A DNA stretch of 34,642 bases from a virus: IMG/VR virus record IMGVR_UViG_3300025892_000006, one strand, 5' to 3'. Both the position numbers and the translations under genes were made by a program. Of this stretch, positions 1 to 6,201 are shown piece after piece. Numbering within the stretch: position 1 is the first letter of the stretch; every line of letters begins with the position of its first letter. The notes beneath the pieces are model-generated. The model made no database searches. It saw only the letters and a list, made by a program, of their open reading frames with translations, and was not told the DNA's origin.

Positions 1-127
1 TCAGCATCAACTGCTACGACAAAAGCAAGTGAAGCATCTACTTCCGCCACTGCTGCTGCTACCTCTGCAACTGCTTCAGCTACATCGGCTACCGCATCCG
101 CTAGTTCAGCGACTGCATCTGCCGCAA
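1..127. repeat. Terminal overlap: 127 bp identical to 34516..34642 (circular closure of the contig)
   Basis: Direct base-by-base comparison of the two window ends. The overlap lies inside a coding region and preserves the reading frame. Confidence 0.95.
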
Positions 128-732
128 GTGCCGCTGCCGCTGCCGCAACTAAAGATAGTATTGATGAGTTCTATCTTGGCGCACAATCATCTAACCCAAC
201 AGTAGATAATAATGGTGATGCAGTTACCGCAGGTGATTGGTACTTTAATACAACAAGTAATGAAACAAGAATATACAATGGATCAGCTTGGCAAGTAACA
301 GCCGTATCAACTGCTGGATTACTTACTTCTGCTAATAACTTATCTGATGTTGCAAATGCAGGTACATCTAGGACTAACCTTGGATTAGGAACTGCTGCAA
401 CTACGGCAGCCACTGCGTATGTAGCTCAGACAGGAACAACTGCCTCAGCATCTATCCCAGCAGGTACAACAGGTCAGAGAGATGGCTCTCCAGCAAATGG
501 TATGTTTAGATACAACTCTACTCTCAGTGAGTTTGAGGGATATGCCGCAGGAGCATGGGGTTCTATTGGGGGTGGTGCATCAGCAGGTGGTGCTATCTAC
601 GAAAACACAGATGACATTACATCTAACTATACTTTAACTTCAGGATCGAATGGTATGTCAGTAGGGCCTATGACGATAGCATCAGGCGTTACAGTCACTG
701 TTCCTTCTGGACAACGATGGGTGATATTATAA
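1..732 (+). CDS. Tail fibre protein, C-terminal part. Same gene as 33490..34642, read through the circular junction; full length about 585 aa.
   Basis: Frame 1 is open from base 1 to the TAA at 730-732. Bases 1-127 duplicate 34516-34642 in the same codon phase as ATG 33490. Ala/Ser/Thr repeats are followed by fibre-like motifs (GDWYFNT..IYNGSAW, NLSDVANAGTSRTNLGLG, GMFRYNSTLSEFEGY). The track lists only 502..732. Confidence 0.85.
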   Translation, partial: SASTATTKASEASTSATAAATSATASATSATASASSATASAASAAAAAATKDSIDEFYLGAQSSNPTVDNNGDAVTAGDWYFNTTSNETRIYNGSAWQVTAVSTAGLLTSANNLSDVANAGTSRTNLGLGTAATTAATAYVAQTGTTASASIPAGTTGQRDGSPANGMFRYNSTLSEFEGYAAGAWGSIGGGASAGGAIYENTDDITSNYTLTSGSNGMSVGPMTIASGVTVTVPSGQRWVIL

Positions 733-733
733 T

Positions 734-1225
734 ATGAGTACAATAATTAATGCAGACACAAGTAATGGATTAAAGCTCACCTCTGATACCAGTGGTGAGA
801 TAAAACTACAAAGTGCAGGTGCAGATATTGCAACTGTAAATAGCAGTGGTATTACAATGGCAAGTGGAAAAACATTACCAGCTACATCACTAACAACAGC
901 AAGTGGTTCAGCACCTAGCTACTCTGCAAGAGCATGGGTAAACTTTAATGGTTCAGGTACAGTTGCTATTCGTGATAGTGAAAATGTAAGTTCGATTACG
1001 GATAATGGTACAGGTAATTATACAATGAACTTCACTACGGCAATGTCCGATGCTAATTATTGTGCTGTTTTTGGTTCAGAATATACTAGTAATTCTATTG
1101 CAGGAATAGTATGTGAAAACACTGGAACTACAAGAACCGCAAGCGCACTCCAAGTAAGGTCAGGAAACTCTAGTTCTGCGGGTGCTGTAAATTTAATAGC
1201 TATACAAATTGCAATCTTCAGCTAA
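734..1225 (+). CDS. Tail-fibre tip / receptor-binding protein, paralog A (163 aa)
   Basis: The ATG lies 1 nt after the fibre stop. The central block APSYSARAWVNFNGSGTVAIRDSENVSSITDNGTGNYTMNFTTAMSDANY is nearly identical to the block in ORF 1639..2127. The N- and C-termini differ. Confidence 0.8.
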   Translation: MSTIINADTSNGLKLTSDTSGEIKLQSAGADIATVNSSGITMASGKTLPATSLTTASGSAPSYSARAWVNFNGSGTVAIRDSENVSSITDNGTGNYTMNFTTAMSDANYCAVFGSEYTSNSIAGIVCENTGTTRTASALQVRSGNSSSAGAVNLIAIQIAIFS

Positions 1226-1235
1226 AGGAAAAAAA

Positions 1236-1424
1236 ATGAATAAAAGAATAGTATATACAAATGATGATGGGACAGTTTCTGTTATAGTACTAGCCAATGA
1301 ATGCGGATTAACTGTAGAACAAATTGCAGATAAAGATGTACCAGCAGGTAAGGAATATCACATTGTAGATGCAGCAGACATACCAACTGACAGAACTTTT
1401 AGGGATGCGTGGACATGGGAATAA
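1236..1424 (+). CDS. Small conserved protein, paralog A (62 aa); possible fibre assembly factor
   Basis: ATG at 1236 follows AAAGGA. The protein ends ..DRTFRDAWTWE and is paralogous to 2137..2304 (IVY..G.V.VIV....EYHIV....P.DRTFRDAW.WE). Confidence 0.65.
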   Translation: MNKRIVYTNDDGTVSVIVLANECGLTVEQIADKDVPAGKEYHIVDAADIPTDRTFRDAWTWE

Positions 1425-1639
1425 CAGTAAATATAACTAAAGCTAAAGACATCACAAAGGATAGACTGCGTGAAGAACGAAAGCCTCTACTTGAAGCACA
1501 AGATTTATTGTTTATGCAGGCTCAAGAACAAGGTGCAGATACAACTGCTATTGTAGCTGAAAAAAAGAGACTTCGTGATATAACTAAACAAGTAGACAGC
1601 ATGACAACTGTTGAAGAACTAAAAGGAGCATCTATCTAA
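1409..1639 (+). CDS. 76-aa helical protein, paralog A; possible fibre chaperone
   Basis: GTG at 1409 (or ATG at 1415) overlaps the stop of the upstream ORF. It is closely similar by eye at the amino-acid level to 2289..2522 (GITVNITKA..ITKDRLREERKPLLE...GADTTAIVAEK.RLRDIT.QVD.MTTVEELKGA). Its TAATG overlaps the next start. Confidence 0.7.
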   Translation: MDMGITVNITKAKDITKDRLREERKPLLEAQDLLFMQAQEQGADTTAIVAEKKRLRDITKQVDSMTTVEELKGASI

Positions 1640-2127
1640 TGGCTGACATAGTATTAACAGGAGACACCTCTGGATCTATTACAGTTGCAGCACCAGCAGT
1701 AGCAGGAACAAATACACTTACATTACCTGCAAGTACAGGGACAATGATAACTTCCGCAACAGCTGCAGCAGATGTACCAAAACCAACAGCACTTTCAACA
1801 GCTACTGGTGATGCACCAAGCTATTCAGCTAGAGCATGGGTAAACTTTAATGGTACAGGTACAGTGGCTATTCGTGATAGTGGTAATGTAAGTAGCATTA
1901 CTGACAGTGGGACTGGTACTTATAGGATTAACTTTGCGACTGCAATGCCTGATGCTAATTACGCAATGAATGCATTTTGTATTTTTAACACTACTGTTCC
2001 AGCAGGTAATGTAACTTATGGTAGTGATTACTCACAACTCGTAGGCAGCGTCACTATTAAATCAACAGTTCAATCAAGTAATGGTTTATTTGATTCAGCA
2101 TATGTATTAGCATCAATATTTAGATAA
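1639..2127 (+). CDS. Tail-fibre tip / receptor-binding protein, paralog B (162 aa)
   Basis: Shares the APSYSARAWVNFNGTGTVAIRDSGNVSSITDSGTGTYRINFATAMPDANY block with 734..1225. The C-terminal third has diverged. Confidence 0.8.
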   Translation: MADIVLTGDTSGSITVAAPAVAGTNTLTLPASTGTMITSATAAADVPKPTALSTATGDAPSYSARAWVNFNGTGTVAIRDSGNVSSITDSGTGTYRINFATAMPDANYAMNAFCIFNTTVPAGNVTYGSDYSQLVGSVTIKSTVQSSNGLFDSAYVLASIFR

Positions 2128-2136
2128 GGATAAATT

Positions 2137-2304
2137 ATGAGAATAGTATATAAAACAGAAGAAGGTGGAGTAGCAGTAATTGTACCTGCTGACACTATTG
2201 AAGCCTGTATGAAAGACATACCAGAAGGTGCAGAGTATCACATTGTAGAAGATTCAGAAGTACCATCAGATAGAACATTTAGGGATGCGTGGATATGGGA
2301 ATAA
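2137..2304 (+). CDS. Small conserved protein, paralog B (55 aa); below the ORF-track length cut-off
   Basis: Hand translation gives MRIVYKTEEGGVAVIVPADTIEACMKDIPEGAEYHIVEDSEVPSDRTFRDAWIWE. It holds the same position and has the same C-terminal motif as 1236..1424. Confidence 0.6.
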   Translation: MRIVYKTEEGGVAVIVPADTIEACMKDIPEGAEYHIVEDSEVPSDRTFRDAWIWE

Positions 2305-2522
2305 CAGTAAATATAACTAAAGCACAAAAGATTACTAAAGATAGATTAAGAGAAGAACGAAAGCCTTTACTTGAAAAACAAGACGTATTGTTCCAACGAG
2401 CATTAGAATCAGGGGCAGATACTACAGCTATCGTAGCAGAGAAACAAAGACTGCGTGATATTACTGACCAAGTAGATAACATGACTACAGTAGAAGAACT
2501 TAAAGGAGCGACTATATCATGA
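2289..2522 (+). CDS. 77-aa helical protein, paralog B; possible fibre chaperone
   Basis: Paralog of 1409..1639 with the same out-of-frame overlap with its upstream ORF (GTG 2289 / ATG 2295). An ATGA overlaps the next gene. Confidence 0.7.
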   Translation: MDMGITVNITKAQKITKDRLREERKPLLEKQDVLFQRALESGADTTAIVAEKQRLRDITDQVDNMTTVEELKGATIS

Positions 2523-3619
2523 GTGTAGCAATTAACGGAACTGATGGTATTACATATAATGATGGCTCATTACAACCCTCTGCTCCTGTAGGTAAGAATC
2601 TTATTATTAATGGCGATATGATGATTGACCAGAGGAATGCTGCAGCAAGTGCTACTTCTAATACTAGTGTCTATATGGTAGATAGATTTGAATTTCAAAT
2701 GTCAAGCGTTACTAATGTTCAAACTTACCAACAAGTGACAGATGCTCCAGCAGGGTTTAATAAGTCGTTAAAAATAACTAATAACTCAACAACTCAATCA
2801 ACAGCAGCAGGTGTTTTGTGTACTCCAAGACAAAAAATAGAAGGTTTTAATACAGCTCATTTAAATTGGGGAACTGCAAATGCTCAAACAGTTACAGTAT
2901 CATTTTGGGTAAAAGCCTCTGTCACAGGAACATACCCTGTAGCATTAACAAATGATGATTTTACTAGAAGTTTTGTAACTAATTATACAGTTTCTGTTGC
3001 TAATACTTGGGAAAAGAAAACTGTGACTATTACAGGAGATACATCAGGAACTTGGACTATTGATAATTCAACAGGAATTAATGTAATGTTTTCTTTAGAT
3101 ACAGGTTCAACTTATCAAACAACAGCAGATTCTTGGCAAGCAGGAAATTATAGAGGGACTTCTTCTGATGTACATTTTTTAGCTAACGCATCAGCAACAT
3201 GGCAAATCACAGGCGTACAACTAGAAGCAAATACAACAGCAACACCTTTTGAAAACCTTATGTACTCACAACAGTTGGCACTGTGTCAGAGGTATTATTA
3301 TATTCCTGCTCAAGGAGTTAATTCAGAAATAAATGTTGGCTGGTATTATAATAGTACTTGGCTGTCGTCTGCTATTGATATGCCAGTACCAATGAGAGTA
3401 AAACCAACTTTAACAGATACTACAGGTTCTAGTTATTATACTATGTATAGAAATAACACAGCAGATGCACTTGATTCATTAACACTAGAAAATAGTAATA
3501 ATAATCATACTTGTGTTTCTATATATAATAATTCTGATGTATCAGGAACAGGCGGTCAAGCTGGTATTTTACGAACAACAAATGCATTAGCTAAATTAGA
3601 ATTAGATTCGGAGTTATAA
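2519..3619 (+). CDS. Putative third receptor-binding / tail fibre protein (366 aa)
   Basis: Located in the fibre cluster. The N-terminal NLIINGDMMIDQR..YMVDRFEF pattern recalls jelly-roll fibre-tip domains (recollection). It is Ser/Thr/Asn-rich. Confidence 0.65.
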   Translation: MSVAINGTDGITYNDGSLQPSAPVGKNLIINGDMMIDQRNAAASATSNTSVYMVDRFEFQMSSVTNVQTYQQVTDAPAGFNKSLKITNNSTTQSTAAGVLCTPRQKIEGFNTAHLNWGTANAQTVTVSFWVKASVTGTYPVALTNDDFTRSFVTNYTVSVANTWEKKTVTITGDTSGTWTIDNSTGINVMFSLDTGSTYQTTADSWQAGNYRGTSSDVHFLANASATWQITGVQLEANTTATPFENLMYSQQLALCQRYYYIPAQGVNSEINVGWYYNSTWLSSAIDMPVPMRVKPTLTDTTGSSYYTMYRNNTADALDSLTLENSNNNHTCVSIYNNSDVSGTGGQAGILRTTNALAKLELDSEL

Positions 3620-3620
3620 T

Positions 3621-3797
3621 ATGTTAAAAAAATATCATAGACCAATAGGAATAGATGGAAAACTTTTAAATATAGTTTACTATGAAGAAAATAATAAAAG
3701 AGTTTCTATACCATTTGACCCAGCAAACACAGACTACCAAGCATACCTAGAATGGGTAGCTGACGGAAATACACCAGAAGAAGCAGATGAAGCCTGA
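3621..3797 (+). CDS. Small protein (58 aa), possible fibre-associated chaperone
   Basis: Hand translation gives MLKKYHRPIGIDGKLLNIVYYEENNKRVSIPFDPANTDYQAYLEWVADGNTPEEADEA. It starts 1 nt after the RBP stop. Below the track cut-off. Confidence 0.5.
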   Translation: MLKKYHRPIGIDGKLLNIVYYEENNKRVSIPFDPANTDYQAYLEWVADGNTPEEADEA

Positions 3798-3948
3798 AGA
3801 ACAAAAACAAGCGATCAAAGAAGGATTATCTGAATGGCTGAATGACAAGTTCTCTGAGTTTGGAAAGTTTTCTCTTCGTGGCATATTTGCTTTGATGTTA
3901 GTTGCTTTAGTTTACTTGTGGGCCACATCTCAAGGCTGGAAAATATGA
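3787..3948 (+). CDS. 53-aa single-pass membrane protein (lysis-cassette accessory?)
   Basis: Hand translation gives MKPEEQKQAIKEGLSEWLNDKFSEFGKFSLRGIFALMLVALVYLWATSQGWKI. It has a C-terminal hydrophobic helix and overlaps both neighbours. Confidence 0.5.
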   Translation: MKPEEQKQAIKEGLSEWLNDKFSEFGKFSLRGIFALMLVALVYLWATSQGWKI

Positions 3949-4016
3949 CAGAGGAAACTCTTATTGCATTCTTTGGACTCATAGTATTATTTACATACTG
4001 CTATGCATTGGTTTAA
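3945..4016 (+). CDS. 23-aa hydrophobic micro-ORF
   Basis: MTEETLIAFFGLIVLFTYCYALV. An ATGA overlaps the upstream stop. Very short, so tentative. Confidence 0.25.
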   Translation: MTEETLIAFFGLIVLFTYCYALV

Positions 4017-4119
4017 AATTTTTCTAACAAAACCTATAACTGTTACCATAGCTTTATTGGCAGCACTTCCTGTTACTCCTTTAATTTTATGTTTATTATA
4101 TGGATGGACTGAATCATGA
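4003..4119 (+). CDS. 38-aa hydrophobic micro-ORF
   Basis: MHWFKIFLTKPITVTIALLAALPVTPLILCLLYGWTES. Its stop overlaps the holin ATG (ATGA at 4116-4119). Confidence 0.35.
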   Translation: MHWFKIFLTKPITVTIALLAALPVTPLILCLLYGWTES

Positions 4120-4508
4120 TACAAGCATTACTACCATTAATTGGAAATGTTATAGATCGAGTTGTTCCTGACAAGAACGCTAACGCAAAAGCAAAGAGAG
4201 AGATAGAAAAGTCTCTTACTGACAACGCTAACAAACTTTTACTAGCACAAACAGAAACCAACAAGATAGAAGCAGCTCATCAGAGTTTATTCGTTGCTGG
4301 ATGGCGACCTGCTATTGGATGGTCATGTGCATTAGGAGTCTTTTGGTTATTCATTGGTCATCCTTTGGCTACATGGATCGATCATTTAGATGGATCATTT
4401 CAGACACTCCCCTCTATAGATTCAGAGATACTACTTGAGCTTGTATTTGCAATGCTTGGGATTGCGGGATTAAGAACTTTTGAAAAGCTGAAGGGCCTAA
4501 CCAAGTAG
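4116..4508 (+). CDS. Holin, GTA-type 3TM holin family
   Basis: Motifs EAAHQSLFVAGWRPAIGW and GIAGLRTFEKLKG plus hydrophobic segments match my recollection of the GTA_holin_3TM family. It lies directly upstream of the endolysin. Confidence 0.8.
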   Translation: MIQALLPLIGNVIDRVVPDKNANAKAKREIEKSLTDNANKLLLAQTETNKIEAAHQSLFVAGWRPAIGWSCALGVFWLFIGHPLATWIDHLDGSFQTLPSIDSEILLELVFAMLGIAGLRTFEKLKGLTK

Positions 4509-4945
4509 TGCAACTCAGTCCTCACTTTACCTTAGCCGAGCTAAGTTATTCCAATACAGCTACAAGATTAGATATAGATAACACTCCCCTGGCAGAAGAA
4601 ATTGCTAACCTAGAAATTTTAGCAGAAGGATTAGAACAAGTTAGAAATAGATTAAACAGTATGCCAATATTTATATCAAGTGGGTTCAGATGCCTAGAAT
4701 TAAATCGTGCTTTAAAATCTAAAGATACTTCTTACCATATTTTAGGATTAGCAGCAGACTTTACTTGTCCTAGCTTTGGTAATATTCATGAAGTGATGAG
4801 AGCATTAGCTGATAGCTCAATACAGTTTGATCAACTCATCCTAGAGTTTGGAAGATGGATTCATATTGCTTTTCCAAAACAAGGAGAGAAACCTCGCAGA
4901 CAAATGATGAGGATAGGTAAGAGCGGAGTGTTGCTGTACGAGTAA
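4508..4945 (+). CDS. Endolysin, peptidase M15 (D-Ala-D-Ala carboxypeptidase-like) family
   Basis: GTG start overlaps the holin stop. Motifs: FTLAEL.., SSGFRCLELNRAL, SYHILGLAADF, WIHIAF (H/D/H zinc-site pattern). Confidence 0.85.
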   Translation: MQLSPHFTLAELSYSNTATRLDIDNTPLAEEIANLEILAEGLEQVRNRLNSMPIFISSGFRCLELNRALKSKDTSYHILGLAADFTCPSFGNIHEVMRALADSSIQFDQLILEFGRWIHIAFPKQGEKPRRQMMRIGKSGVLLYE

Positions 4946-4983
4946 ACCCTTGATAAATCAACAACATATGTTATTCTTATACA

Positions 4984-5691
4984 ATGAGTAATTATAAATC
5001 CGTATTAGTCATATCTGATCTACACATACCTTACCATCATCCTGATGCGTTTAAATTTTTAGCAGCACTCAAGAAAAAATACAAGCCAGATTTAATCGTA
5101 AACATCGGTGATGAAATCGATCAACACTCTATTAGCTTTCATAATCATCATCCAGATCTAAAGTCACCAGGCGATGAGTTGCGTGCAGCTAGAGTGTATG
5201 TCAAAGAACTAGAGAAAATTTTTCCTAAGATGACCTTGGTACACTCCAATCATTCATCATTAGTTTATCGTAAGGCAGTCGCTCATGGATTGAGCCTAGA
5301 GTATCTTAAATCTTACAACGAGTTTCTAAATGTAGGCCCTGGATGGGAATGGGTAGATGACTTAAAGGTTACGCTATCTGATGGTCAAAGATGTTTCTTT
5401 ACTCATGGCATGGCAGCCGATGTCATGAAAGTGGCGCAGCAATATGGCATGAATTCTGTTCAGGGACACTATCATTCTAAATTTAGTATTAGTTATTATT
5501 CTAACCCTGACAAATTAGTATGGGGATTACAAACAGGATGTCTCATTAATCAAAAAGAGCTAGCCTTTGAGTATGCCAAAAATTTCAAGTCTCGATTTGT
5601 TGTTGGTTGTGGCATGATTATAGATGGACAACCCAAACTAATGCCGATGGTGTTAAAGGATGGAGGCCGATGGACAGGGATGATAGTTTAG
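4984..5691 (+). CDS. Calcineurin-like metallophosphoesterase
   Basis: Motif series SDLHIPYHH, GDEIDQH, HSNH, THGM and GHYH, typical of the metallophosphatase fold. Confidence 0.85.
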   Translation: MSNYKSVLVISDLHIPYHHPDAFKFLAALKKKYKPDLIVNIGDEIDQHSISFHNHHPDLKSPGDELRAARVYVKELEKIFPKMTLVHSNHSSLVYRKAVAHGLSLEYLKSYNEFLNVGPGWEWVDDLKVTLSDGQRCFFTHGMAADVMKVAQQYGMNSVQGHYHSKFSISYYSNPDKLVWGLQTGCLINQKELAFEYAKNFKSRFVVGCGMIIDGQPKLMPMVLKDGGRWTGMIV

Positions 5692-5903
5692 ATGTAGAGT
5701 TTACTTCCGAGGCTGATGCAGATCAAGCTGAAACTTTAGATAAGTTGATCGGGAGAAAAATTTGGAATGTAGAATTGCTAGAAGATGATACACAATCTAT
5801 GATCAAAATCTGTTTATCCCAAGAAGATGATGATTATTTACTGATTCATTGCGAAGGTGCAGATTTATATCTAGTTGAACCTAAAATGAAGTCAGTCCAC
5901 TAA
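5670..5903 (+). CDS. Acidic hypothetical protein (77 aa from the internal ATG)
   Basis: The track ORF is 5607..5903. I placed the start at ATG 5670 to limit overlap with the phosphoesterase. Start uncertain. Confidence 0.5.
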   Translation: MDRDDSLDVEFTSEADADQAETLDKLIGRKIWNVELLEDDTQSMIKICLSQEDDDYLLIHCEGADLYLVEPKMKSVH

Positions 5904-6080
5904 AAACGACCTCTTGTAAGGCTCGTGGTGAGCTTTTCTCATGTGTTCCTAGGGGGTAGTATCAAATTATATCGAAGTATTTACCAAGAGCCTCACGACA
6001 ACTCAAAACAACATTCATGGTTTTCTGTATAGATTAAACAATAAATTAGAGTAATATGCTAAATGAAAGGAGACAATACT

Positions 6081-6152
6081 ATGTGGACAACACCAATTGC
6101 AACAGAAATGCGTTTCGGTTTTGAAGTAACAATGTATGTAATGAATAAGTAA
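6081..6152 (+). CDS. pqqA: PqqA-like pyrroloquinoline quinone precursor peptide (23 aa)
   Basis: MWTTPIATEMRFGFEVTMYVMNK has MW..P and R.G.EVT.Y with Glu15/Tyr19 spaced as in PqqA. GGAG lies 8 nt upstream. A strong hairpin terminator begins 16 nt downstream. Not in the track (<60 aa). Confidence 0.75.
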   Translation: MWTTPIATEMRFGFEVTMYVMNK

Positions 6153-6167
6153 TACTTGTAATACAGA

Positions 6168-6201
6168 AATAGAGGATCATTTTCGATCCTCTATTCTTTT
6201 T
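6168..6201. terminator. Hairpin terminator between the convergent pqqA-like gene and the methyltransferase gene
   Basis: Perfect 11-bp stem AATAGAGGATC (6168-6178) / GATCCTCTATT (6185-6195) with a 6-nt loop, followed by CTTTTT on the + strand. The stem overlaps the last codons of the - strand methyltransferase. Confidence 0.65.

Noticed and set aside
1-127. A genuine direct terminal repeat marking physical genome ends, as in T7-like phages
   Set aside because: The repeat lies in the middle of the fibre coding sequence and keeps it in frame. That fits an assembly overlap of a circular or circularly permuted genome rather than true ends.
171-413. 80-aa ORF on the - strand
   Set aside because: It lies antisense within the continuous + strand fibre ORF (1..732). 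It has no RBS, and low-complexity codon runs on the coding strand explain it.
1401-1424. Programmed -1 ribosomal frameshift site
   Set aside because: There is no X XXY YYZ slippery heptamer and no obvious downstream stimulatory structure. The downstream ORF has its own GTG/ATG start, so I reported it only as a conserved overlap.
2279-2482. Antisense ORFs 2279..2482, 4073..4264, 6619..6810 and 9915..10109
   Set aside because: Each is antisense to a well-supported gene (the chaperone paralog, the holin, the methyltransferase and the exonuclease). None has independent support.
734-2522. Possible diversity-generating retroelement (VR/TR pair), given the two near-identical blocks in the tip genes
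   Set aside because: I recognise no reverse transcriptase anywhere in the closed genome. Both copies are coding, and their differences are not restricted to adenine positions.
734-3619. Invertible (Mu G-segment or P1 C-segment style) alternative fibre switch
   Set aside because: All cassettes are in the same orientation, no flanking inverted repeats were seen, and I recognise no invertase or recombinase gene.
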